This document shows, in pieces, positions 51,310 through 64,000 of a DNA stretch of 64,000 nt. The notes under the pieces were generated by a model that worked only from the letters and a program-made list of their open reading frames with translations, was not told the DNA's origin and made no database searches. Position numbers and translations under genes: made by a program. Source of the stretch: Balanoglossus misakiensis (taxonomy: Eukaryota > Animalia > Hemichordata); assembly GCA_040954595.2 (NCBI GenBank), contig CM082583.2, forward strand, positions 12,562,987 through 12,626,986, given 5' to 3'. Position 1 is the stretch's first letter. Each line of letters opens with the position of its first letter.

Positions 51310-53308
51310 ATCGTGACGTAAACTTCGAAAAGATTATGTTTTTTTAGAAATCGACAGGGGCCAGACCGCACACTTCTGCCTATTTACAATTGAGTTTCAC
51401 CCCAGATTATAAATGTCAGTTTTTCCCTGATTTTATTCTGTTTAGGTGGATGAAACCCCACCCTTTTTGTCATTTGCAGACTTGACTGAAAATAGTGTGA
51501 TAAGCTAAAAAAAATATATACTCTTGATAAAAAATCATGCATATCCACTGCGTCGATTATGTAGACTTTAAATTGCTTTGTTTTAGTGTGAGTGTGATTT
51601 TATGTAGCTTGCTTTAGAATTTGTTTTTGGCATCGACGACAACATCTGCATCCCAAACTGAAACGATTATTGTACTTGTCCATGAACGCAGAAGAAAGCT
51701 CATCTGGCCAAAGAGAATGAATGACCCATCTATTACAATTGTGCATCACTATCACATTGTGTTTATTCAGACTTCATCCTTTCGGACAACCGAGTTGTGA
51801 CCGTGAAGTTGTTTTGCTTTCTACTCATCACAACACTTTCCCAAAGCATATAAAGTTGTAAGTTAAATATCATTTGGATATCTACCATCGGTGCAGTCAG
51901 TCCTACAATTGGTTTGCTTTTTATGAATATAATGTACACGTGCCTAATTCTTGGAATAAAACTGAATCTTTGGGGTAGTTTATGGTGTGTGTGTCTTTGT
52001 GTTTGTGGTGATCCATTGTAAATATCACGTGTTACAAACCTTATTTGCCAGGTAACAGGCCTTCAGCTATATCTAAAAATATCGATCTGACACGTTTTGA
52101 GTGAAAAATGTAAAATTTGTCAATTTCAAAATCGTTCATTTCATTGGCTTGTTTTGCCAGAGAGCCAACCAATCACAGGGTCTGTCTATGTTCACGTGAT
52201 CTTATCGTGAAACTGCTGCATGCGGCCTGCCAAACTTGCTTACTCGTTGTGTTCCTGATCAGTTCTCGTTTTTCAAATTCTCTAACATTTTGTCACTACC
52301 TTGTAAGGTTGTATTTGAACAAGGGGTACCAGGTAAGTTAAACATGCGACGGTTTGTTGAAATGACGAAAAAATGTCTTCGTGGTTGCTCAGAAAGTGAG
52401 GGAACGTGTCTCGATTATGTATCCGTCTTCTGGCGCGGCCGCGCCAAGTGCTGAGGTCTGGCATCCAGTTGATGTCTAGTTTGTTTGAAGGCGGATTCTT
52501 CTAAGAAACTTTGAGCTGATCTTCTGCTTCATTCTTGTACATTGCATTTGAAAATTACTCAATATTTCTTGAAACCTGTCGAAGGTTTTGCATAAGTGAA
52601 ATCATACATTGCCATGTCTCTTTCTGTTCGAAAATGCCCACATTAACTCGTATTAAGTCCACCGACCTTTTTCGTCGGACTTGACTGGATGGGTGAACAT
52701 TGTTCTGTGATGCGCCTATATTATAATAAACTACACTTATTGATGATAGAAAGCTTCATCCGAATTTAAAAACTGAAACTCTGTTTCACTACATGAATCG
52801 CCCTTTATTTTATGAAGGGTAAAATGAGGTAGTTTTCTCGGTCACGCTGCTTCTCGACCGTGATCAGTGATTACAGGACACCGTTCATGTATTGCCGGTT
52901 AGAACGAATCAATGTCAGCCAAAGATTTAAGATGGTAGAATTGCTATGTCATCTTCCTTTCTGTGAATAATTTTACTATTGGATCAACCGGGGTGGGTGG
53001 GGGTGATTTCTTTTTCACATTGAATAAACCAACCAGTCTTTTTATGGAACTGGCGTCATGCCGACTTGCTGTGTGTGTCGTATTCTTTATCATGACCATG
53101 TGGTGGCGCAATTTTGTCGGGTGCCTTAAAAATGAAGAAGTACAATGTATCTCAGCTTTTTCTGTACCTTTACATCGAGATTTGAGCAGTGCTGCTTTGT
53201 AATTGGAGTATCTCTAACTTGTCTCAGGACCTGTAATCAACATCTATTCATTATTCCATATTTGTTATTTTTCTTTACAGAGTCTTGAGGGGTTCAAAGA
53301 AATTTAAA

Positions 53309-53764
53309 ATGAAGTGGAAAGTTCACATTTGCGTATTATTTATTATTGCCAGCCTTATAATAAATCTAGACAGTGTCGCTGGAACAACAGAGAGTGCAAA
53401 TGGTACAGTTGCTGACGTCACTGAGGCTCCCGATGAAACAACACAAGGTGAAACCAACAACTTTTTACTTTCATGATCGTTTATTTTATTTTTTTCAAAA
53501 TGTATGTTGGATCAAGAATGCACAGTGCAGCAGAAAACATTCTGATCACTGTAAGTGCAGCGACGACCCCTTCACTTGAATACTGAATAAAGCAATCATT
53601 TTGTTACTTTTTACACAGGTGCTACCGCGGAAGGTGGTGATGTCACCGGCCAAGGTGGAGCGACAGCTGTGGTCAGTGACAATGCTATCCGAGCAAGCTA
53701 CAGTGAATGGTTCACTTTCTCTGTGCTGCTTCTCTGCACCCTAACTTTCAAGGTCGTGCAGTAG
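53309..53764 (+). CDS. Small (94 aa) putative GPI-anchored mucin-like glycopeptide
   Basis: Exons 53309-53447 and 53619-53764 join in phase 1. Signal peptide, T/E/G/A-rich core with an NGT sequon, and hydrophobic C-terminus WFTFSVLLLCTLTFKVVQ*. Confidence 0.7.
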
Positions 53765-55064
53765 GCACTGGTTAATTCCAAGAATTAGATTTAGGTATAT
53801 TTAGACTGCAGTGACCGTGCAGTTAAAATGGCACCGTTGAAAACAGATCACGTTGCTTTATTCAGTGCTGGCTTTGCTGTTTCCAGCTTTAGTATAATTA
53901 ACGGTGTTGCGACTACAGCATGATGTGATTTCAAGTTAGTATCCTGTACTTAAAGTATCCATGATGGCTGATTTCTGCGGAATGATTCCAGGGATTCCAC
54001 CGGATGATCGACTGTGAACTTGAATAAATCCCTTCCCAGTAGCTGACAGACGGCACATAGTTGCACTGCTGTGATTTGTGTTGTGTACTTCAATCGCTAG
54101 ATTTTTGTATTCTTGGTTATAGACATTACACAAAGGGAATAATGATGTTTTTCACTATTCTGAATGTTGTGTAGTTTTCAAATATCCAATGTTTTATTGT
54201 GGTCAGAACAGCCTTGTATTTTTTGTTCATTCAACTGTCAACATTCTGCTTTCAGCAAATATTTTCATTCTAAAATGAATTAATCTCAAAGAAATCTTTC
54301 ATCCCAATGACTTTAAATGTCAGGTCCTGTTTGTCATAAAACACTGCATAGAGTATGTGATGAATCATTTCTTATACATTGAGGCTTTTGTTTTCAAGAC
54401 AGAGCTCAAAACCATGTCTTGTATGCATGGCACAATGGCTGTTGTTTGCTCGAAACATTCTTGTTTTGCCAAATGAAATGTGCTGACCTTTTCATCAGGA
54501 CATTATCCTAACCCAGATTTAAGGCAGGTCAAATGATGACAACTGATTTTATTCTAATTTGATTACACATTCTTAGTTCATCATTTTGCTGTAGCTTTTT
54601 TCAAGTCCCAGCCAAAAACCAGTTTAATCTGTCAGTAGTGCTTACACAACACTAGGGAAGGGTGAATGCTTACAAATGAGTTTGTTGTTGGCCAGTGAGA
54701 GCCACAGATGACTTGCAGACAATATTGTGAATGATGTGGTTTGAAGGCAGACAACAGATGATATGAAAACAGTCACTGCAGAACAGCCTGACTTTAATTA
54801 CTTGAGTTGTACTCTATACTACGTTAATAATAAAATTTGACCTTTTTTTATGAAACCTACCAGACGTGTTTGGCATATATGCAATCAACAATTTTCTGCT
54901 ACTTGTGTCAGTCATTCGACATTCACGACGTATTTCACGCACATCGTTGGCAATGTAACAAAGCATCCTTTAATACGTACCCGAAAAAACATTAAGTCAT
55001 ACGCGACCTCAGATTAGACATCAGCGATATGGCGTAAAACAGTGACGAAATCAGCTCTTCTCTC

Positions 55065-55196
55065 ATTGGCTCAAAGTTTAGATAAGGATTATTTACATAA
55101 CAATAGTAAAGTATAAAAGCAGGACGCACGCAGTTCAACTTCATAGCATCCGACTGATCGCCGAGAACTGCTGTCGCTGTCTAAGGAAACGTAAGT
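55065..55196 (+). promoter_or_regulatory. TATA promoter and non-coding first exon of the precursor gene at 56193
   Basis: Inverted CCAAT (ATTGG ~55065), TATAAAA at 55112-18, donor C|GTAAGT at 55191, acceptor CAG at ~56167-69 just upstream of ATG 56193. Confidence 0.55.
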
Positions 55197-56192
55197 AGGC
55201 CAACATGTACCATGACATATCGACATCGGGAATTCCAATTTAGGGGCTGTGTAAAACAAGTATGCTAAAGAAGGGTTAATATTTTACCGTTTTGTGGCTT
55301 CACGTCATTCAGTATTTTAAGAAGAGTTTGGTGTTAGTCCTACCGTTGTAGTAAGATGTCCTAATCGTGTTTATATCGTTCGATTTGATCAAGGTTGGCA
55401 TTTAATATCACTGCAATGAAAATACACTGAACGTCGACATGTTCCGGATAATAAGGTGCCTTTTAAATTCCTGTCACAAACCGTGGCGTCAGGCCAGTCC
55501 GGTGTTATGGCGCTGTTTACAAACAGGTGCCAAATATCAGTCTATCTATCTGTTTTACATCCTGGTTAGAGTACAACATCGTGTTTGTTTAATAATAAGG
55601 TGTGATATATTTTGCGAATCGCATAGTTTGATATTTAACTTTCCAAAACAGTCTTTACATGCAATGCTATGTCGTCTGCGCTGTTTTCTTCAGAAGCATT
55701 CGCAAAGTGGCACGTATTACACGCGGTGATATCGCAAAGGTGATACCGGTCGCTGATACACGACTGCGCTAGTACAATACGCTCAGTGTAACTCTGTTTT
55801 CTAAGTTGTTTTTCCTATTCGATTTGAATAACAGGAATGTTCAAAAACATTTTAATTCATAAATGAATTAATTGTGCTCGTTCAATTTGTTGACATGACT
55901 TTTGGTAACAACCGGAATGTCTTTGGCCGACCATCAATACTTTAACGAATAAATAACGTTAACGGGTCTTTGTATAGAAAGTTCGCAAAAAGTGCACTGT
56001 AGACTTACAGATGGTTTGGTCACATTTATAATGTACACTATTTCCAGTGGAACATTTTCACGTAATTTTTTTGTCTAACAATTACTTTCCGTGTGAATTT
56101 TCCCTCTTCAGAAATCAATCCTGTGATTTTTACACACTTCTCTTATTCTGTGCGTTGCTTTCAACACAGAAATCAGACTACAAGGAAGAAAA

Positions 56193-57050
56193 ATGAAGCT
56201 CAGCTGGTGTTTTGGTTTCACGGTGTCTTTCTCTACGCTGTTCCTGGTCACAGCGTACGTAATACCAGGAGAGCGAAATGGCCCGAGCGGCAGAATCTTT
56301 GGTCGATGGAGGCAAGGCTCTGACGGGCGAGTCGCTTATCACAACTTCGTCGCGAAACGCGGCATCCAAGGACTGACACCGTACGAAGTAAACGAGGCCA
56401 GAGCTGGAAGGAGGAGGCGTGATGAAGCCGCGTCTGCAGCAGCTTTGGACTTCGACGGGACCAAGCGAGAGTTCCTTGCAGCATTGGGCAAGAGGGAATC
56501 CCGACCCCCAGGTTCGCTGTCAGAAACGGCGAGACGAGAGATGCCATCGACCGCGTATGATATAGTTTTTGGTGGTGACTTCGGTTCTGGGGTTGAATAT
56601 CGCATGGTCGGGGATGATTTTGGCTCCGGAGACGTTGTAGTCAAGAGGGACGTGTCTGAGACTGAACCCAGTAACCATGGAGACTTCGGATCTGGAGACG
56701 AGTATCGATATCCGGAACTGGACAACAACGAGCTGACCGCACAGACAGAAAGTCCAGAAGCGGTCATCGGTGACACGCCCTGTGAAAACTGCCTCAACAA
56801 CGACATTCTCGTGACAGTTGATGACAGAGACCACAGCGCAACTACCCACAGCCATCGTCACACAGATGTCCACACCCACGACGCGGACCACACTGAAGCT
56901 GAAGATCATACTCACGCCACTCCACTCAGTCTCATGGACACAGATGACGTTAAAGATGGCAGTGGTGACGACTCCTCGTCCGATACGACTGGAGAAAACA
57001 ACCCAACTGATGGCCCTGCCCTACAGGACGAGAATCTTTTACTTGTTTGA
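56193..57050 (+). CDS. Secreted prohormone/neuropeptide-precursor-like protein with Ser-Gly glycosaminoglycan-type motifs and a His-rich tract
   Basis: Single 285-aa coding exon. Signal peptide; KR, RR and RRRR sites; G-RRRR and G-KR amidation signals; 3x DFGSG plus DGSGDD; acidic and His-rich C-terminal half. Confidence 0.75.
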   Translation: MKLSWCFGFTVSFSTLFLVTAYVIPGERNGPSGRIFGRWRQGSDGRVAYHNFVAKRGIQGLTPYEVNEARAGRRRRDEAASAAALDFDGTKREFLAALGKRESRPPGSLSETARREMPSTAYDIVFGGDFGSGVEYRMVGDDFGSGDVVVKRDVSETEPSNHGDFGSGDEYRYPELDNNELTAQTESPEAVIGDTPCENCLNNDILVTVDDRDHSATTHSHRHTDVHTHDADHTEAEDHTHATPLSLMDTDDVKDGSGDDSSSDTTGENNPTDGPALQDENLLLV

Positions 57051-57589
57051 TTTTTTCCCTCACAAAGTAAAATTTGCTAAGTAAAGAACCTGACGTGTTG
57101 TTTTTTATTAAAGTTATCTTATACCGCCTCAGTGCAAGAAGTATTCGTACTGGTATAGTGTAATATAGTGTCATGCGTAATGTTTTATTCTAGCTGGTAG
57201 AACCAACGTAACTTTATCTGTAAATTAAGGCGAATTTTTCAAATTCATTTTTCAACGATTATCCCTCCCATATTGTTTGTCTTTTGAATACATCGATAAA
57301 GAGTAATATACAGAGAATTAGTAGTAAATGTATTTTAATACAACCATTTATCAAAATATTGAATGTAGTATCAGTTATCATATATAACCTGTGCCATGTG
57401 GTGCATGCTGTTTTGTGCGACCAACTGAGCATCAAAGTTCCAAGATATGATCTTCACCAAATCCAATAAATTCTATTCAAAGTATCATGATCGTAGATTT
57501 TTATATAAATATAAATAATCGAGTAAGCCTCTACAGAAAGTGAACGAACTAAACCTTGATTTTAAAAGAATGGGGACTTCGAATCGATG

Positions 57590-60083
57590 CTACGGCAGTT
57601 TATGAAGCACCAACGTGCAACAAACCATCCCCGTATACGGCTTTGGGATGGGCTTTGACCTAGTCCACTGATCTCGGCGCGGGTCGTAGCTTTCCACGGA
57701 GTCTAACCAGTTATTGGAGTCCCAACTGTATCCTCCGACGACATAGATTTTCCCGTCGTGCACCGTGCAGGCAGCTTCGGCGCGAGGCGTGAGCATGCGC
57801 GCCAGGGATGTCCACGTGTCCGTCTGGCACTCGTACCGCTCGACTTTGTCGGTGCACTGCAAGTTTCCCGAAGAATCGATGATGGCACCGCCGATCAGGA
57901 ACAGACTGTTGCCCACAGACGCCAGGTGAGCGAAAAACCTGGGCGTTAACAGCACGCGCTTTTTCTCCCATTTCTTGGTCCTCGGGTTGTACCGTTCAAC
58001 CTTGTTAGATATTCGGCGGTTACCTGTGAAAATTACAAGATAATAAGAGGTTTAAGAGAGCCTGTCCTTTCGGTCAAACACGGTCCATCCCTTTCTTTCA
58101 AGCCTAAAAAAACTCGAATATTTTCTCCCATGTAACGTGTGTAAAGACACTTAGCTCAAGTCAGGAATTATATGCCTATGCTAAAAAAGTAGTCGAAGTA
58201 CTATGGAGGAGAGGGTAAAGACCATGAAACATTTGGGGTGATATCGAGCGTCTTTTGGCACCCTGCTACCAAGACTTACCGGACCCACCCATGGCGTACA
58301 ACCGTCCATTATGCGCCGCCACGGCAACACTTCGTCTTGCATCGCAGATAGGTGCAACGCTCTCCCATTTGTCAGTATATGGATTGTATTTCTCTACGCC
58401 AGCCAATGACGTACTGTCGTCAACCCTGCCACCTGGAATTCAACATACACCTGTGATCAGAATCCAAGGACATGCCCTTACCTCTCTGTATGTCTGTCTG
58501 ATACCGCTTTCATTATCCAATTCTCAAAGACCGATGACTTGTACTCACCCACTGCATACAACATGCCATCAAGTACTCCCAACTGGAAACTCTCTCGTTT
58601 ATCTATCATGCTGGCTATTTCTATCCAAGAGTCCGTCCTGGGGTCGTAGCGATAAGCCCTGTCGGTCGGGTACTCGCTTCTGTTTGTTGTGTGCCTTCCA
58701 CCAGCCACGTACATGAATCCGCCCAGCACAGCGACTAGAGACGCAAACAGTAACAGAAGGGGAGACTATAGACTTGGAGCAAGTATGGGGAGATTACTAG
58801 TATTAACGAGTTATCGAACTCATGTGGATGACCAGTCTCATTAAAATCACCTGGAAAGATAGGTGGGGGCGCCCCGTACTGCACTTTTTCTTGGCGGAGC
58901 TTTCAATGATCAACAGGTGTCTGTTCGGAACTTATCATTTGGTCGAAGCGATTGACTTGAGTGACATATGAAATAGCATACCTGCGTGGTGGTGTAGTGG
59001 TTGCCCCATTTCTGTCAAATGCCTCCATTCATTCGCGTCTGGATTAAAATACCTGACCGTCTTGCAGACTTCGTCCTTGGAGAGCCTCGGGTGCCCTCCC
59101 AGGGTTACTATGGTGGACATCTTGATCATGGATCGAGGGGTGGTGCGGCTCGACTGTAGGATGCTCTGCCGGAGGGGCAAACAATGATAGTGCAGCGCCT
59201 CCTTCACTAGGGCTTCGCATTCGGGGATGTTCATCAGAACAGCGACGGGCTCCACGTGGTCCACGATATCGCATGGTTTGATCATTGGCAACCTTATGCA
59301 CTGAAGGAGACTCACGGCGCGCTCGATCCTCCGCCTCCTGTCGTACTCTATCCACTTCACGAGAGCGTTGAAGACTTGCAACTCGGAGTCCACTATGATG
59401 TCGTCGCGACAGAGTAATTTCTTCAGCGGCTCGTAGGGCAGCAGTAAAAAATCCTCCTGTTGCGACACCTGCAGAAAGTTCCGCGACGCCATTTTCAGAG
59501 CCGCTTCTTCCAAGTCGACCAGTTCCAAGTTGCAGACCAGAGCCAGACTTCGGAGGCAGGACCCGACGGTAAGGCCGTTTTTCATGTGTTCGCTGCAAAT
59601 ATCCAACGCAAATGGAACTTGCAGGTAATTCGAGGCACGTAATAACTCTTCCAGATTCTGTCCATCTACGTTCAATTTTGCCGTGTACATAGATTCAAGC
59701 AGGGTTTCCACTGCACGGTAACTTATGCCGTGCAAATGGTAGACAAACTGGCTCTCGGCGTCTGATTCCGAGGGTTCGGTGAATATTCGACGGAAGTACC
59801 CGCTGCACGAAGCGAGGACCAATTTATGAGCGCCGAAGCGATGTTTCCCGACGGCTAACACAACGTCGTTCAGTAGTTTCTGTCGCCAAAGTTCAGCCAT
59901 TCCACGCAAGACGTCGGTCGCATGGGTGTGGGTCGGCGTGCAACAGCGACCAATCTCCCCGCCGGACTCGCCGTCCATTTTCAGCGAGTCCAAAACCTTT
60001 TTGCCCTCAAGAACATTTCCAATCTTGCCGTTTTCTTCACACTTAGCATTTGTTCTCCCCGAGTATTTTGACTTTATCGACAT
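57590..60083 (-). CDS. Kelch-like protein (BTB-BACK-6 kelch), KLHL9/13/26/36-like; 4 exons
   Basis: DVVL...AHKLVLASCSGYF (BTB); BACK domain (SELQVFNALVKW, IRLP); kelch repeats YVAGG..YDP..W, YAVGG, YAMGG, FLIGG, YVVGG. Confidence 0.92.
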
Positions 60084-60608
60084 CGTTTTCCCGACAATTG
60101 TAACTCTATTGGCTTCGACGCATTCTACACGTACACGTCACACAATCGTCCGCAGATGGAACAAACGCACGGAGTGCAGTGACGTGACTTCGGCCCACTT
60201 GTTTGCATTCGAACGTTGCCATGTCAATAACGCGCTTTGTCCATTTGCCATGGAAACCGCAATATCGCCATATACATGTACATAGCGATCAAACATTCCC
60301 AGTCAGAAGATATTTGATTTAGACCTGAGTAAATGTTCTCTCAAAAGTAAATATTAATCGATCAGGGAGAGACTCACTCTCTGCCAATTTACTTATGCAT
60401 TAACGTTTTCTGCAGGTCGATAGGCATCACCCCACCTTTACAAGGTTTAAAAGTGTTCAGACATTGTCCGGGAATTTTTTCCAGTTTTCAACCATTGAGT
60501 TTTCAAAGGTTTTATGTGCATGTGGTACTTGTACGTGGATATTAGAACGTACGTAGGCGTTTACCCATAGAAGTGCGCCCCCAACCATGCATTTCGATGT
60601 CCTCAAAC

Positions 60609-62073
<1,465 letters not shown>

Positions 62074-63185
62074 CTGAACGACCAGATTTCCAAGTTGTGA
62101 GTGCACATTACTGCCGAGTAAAGTGACTATTTATAAATGGTTACAACTTCCAAAAGCGTGACATCTTCACCAGTATTGGTCTACATTGTGATATTGACCA
62201 CTGAAATACTTCCATTTATCTAGTACTAACTGTAGTCATGGGACCTGAAGTGACTGCATGGTTACTGTGGCGATTGTAAATTGTGCAAATGTATATCCAT
62301 TCAACAATTGTTGCCAAGCAACACAGACCTAGGATTTTGAAATGAGCTTTTGATAAAAGCTGTGTAATTTATGCGAGTATTTGTACAGCTGATAAGCACT
62401 CAATGACCAAGTGGTTTTGAAAGAATGTTTCCGGTTTTTATTGGAAACGATTGGTATTTATTGAGAATTTTTTCCTCACTGATGAACTTGTTTGCGAGTC
62501 TGCAAGCAGCTGACTGGAGACTGAAAGACACATTCTCCATTAGTCCCTGTGTCTTGTCAGCAAGATCATTTTTTTGTATATTTGAAGCAAGTTAATAAAT
62601 GTTCACATGGGGAAAAATGTTCAACCTTTGTCTTCTGCTTCAATTTTTAGCAAGTCCCTGCTCAGATATTAGTTTATGCTTCAACACTTTGGTGATGTGA
62701 TTAGGATTTTATTCACGTTGTACTGAAATTGTGCTGTTTCAGTGATGCTTGTACATAATGCACTCTTAGATACGTCAATTTACCATTTAAACTTTTATTG
62801 ATGATGATGTAAAAACATTGAAGTGGCATTAGATATGTTTGATCACATTTAATCAAAAGGCAATTGAGTTGTAAAAGTTGACTGGCTGACAATAAATAGA
62901 CAAGATGATAATACTGTTTTACAATTGGTAGTTGGAAGATCACATGATATGTAAATTAGTCATTTGCATACAAATAATGCAATCGGAAATTTGTGTCTGT
63001 AATCTATTAAACACAATAACACACAGGATCCACAAAGTTCATTAACATATAAAAAATTGCCACAAAGTGTCATATAACAAAGAATTGCCTTCCTGGCAAG
63101 TCCAAGTTAGACACAGAGTTGTTTTTGACTTCTTGGTACAGCTGTGAACAGGAGTGAATATGCTTGCGATCCAGTCCTGGATAAA

Positions 63186-63969
63186 TTATTTGTCTTTCTT
63201 TGTTTCGAAATCTTCTTCAGCATCTTCACCAATGTCTTCTAATTTGACCCCTCTTTGACCTTCGTCTTCGTTCAGCTCTTCGATCACCACGCCTTTCCTC
63301 AGCTCTCTATCTAACACCTGTTCTGCTCTTCTCTGCTGTGAAGTATCTGTCTGCACTGCCTGTGACGTCTCACCTTCAAATCGGTACTCATCCGCAAAAC
63401 CTCCAGAAGCAGCTGTCAAAAGAAAGATTTGGTTACACAAGATAACAGTGCAGCCTTTATCATGGACATTGAAAGGGAGTTGCTTAGTTACACATCCACA
63501 GACACACATTGAGACACTAGGAAATGTGAGTTACCGTGGAAACACTCACCTTTAAACCAGTTTTCATCTGGCATAAGCATTGCATCACTTGTCATTTTCC
63601 AAAACTGACTGTACATTTCGGCGCATCCCACACCAGCGATCGCCAGGATGAACACAGCAACTCCTTTCCAAAAATAGTTCTGTGGAGAAAAGTACATAAC
63701 AATGATCTAAACTGCGTCATCAAAGTCGTATCAAAATTATGGAAAAGGCAAATTAGCCGCTTGTTTTTGCCACCTACCAGTTCTTATCTACACTCTAGCA
63801 TGAATGAATCTGATTTGTGAGTAATGATGAATGTCGGACATGGAGAACAGACTAACCCAGAGACTTACCACAAGAACACTGTAGGAAGCTAAGTACTCAT
63901 CTACAACTATAAATATAAGGGCTATTATGATGCCGATGGTCACTGCTATCTTGGTGTGCTTGTTTTCTC
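63186..63969 (-). CDS. 3' exons of an unidentified membrane protein with two hydrophobic segments and a C-terminal dilysine motif; 5' part outside the window
   Basis: In-phase exons ~63869-63969, ~63550-63679 and 63186-63412: two hydrophobic helices, then an acidic tail ending ETKKDK*. Confidence 0.65.
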
Positions 63970-64000
63970 CTGAAATAAAAGCCATTTATAGTGAGATTAG

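Noticed and set aside
56248-57084. Several antisense and alternative-frame ORFs over the precursor gene
   Set aside because: Shadow ORFs of a GC-rich coding exon.
59044-59598. 184-aa alternative-frame ORF inside the kelch-like exon
   Set aside because: Arg/Pro-rich frame shadow with no recognisable domain.

Overview
Gene-dense eukaryotic (invertebrate animal, probably deuterostome-grade; inference only) genomic DNA with short GT-AG introns. No prokaryotic features are present. In order: an astacin metalloprotease with a C-terminal kringle (minus, runs off the window), a DEG/ENaC channel, an FN3-FN3-EGF single-pass protein, a GPI-type alpha-carbonic anhydrase lacking one zinc ligand, a 3-Ig basigin/neuroplastin-like protein, a head-to-head pair of alkaline phosphatases (one GPI-type, one with a basic tail), UBAP2/UBAP2L (lingerer) hosting at least three intronic box C/D snoRNAs, an NNMT/PNMT/INMT-family methyltransferase, a possible degenerate C-type lectin gene, mitochondrial creatine kinase, a tiny GPI mucin-like protein, an unrecognised prohormone/proteoglycan-like precursor, a BTB-BACK-kelch gene, ARL14EP and the 3' end of an unknown membrane protein. 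The best leads are the precursor at 56193-57050, the intronic ncRNAs of UBAP2L (including a possibly new 18S guide and a structured intron with an exact telomerase-template 11-mer), and the CA/basigin/ALP/ENaC cell-surface cluster. Exon structures were read by eye, and no database searches were run.
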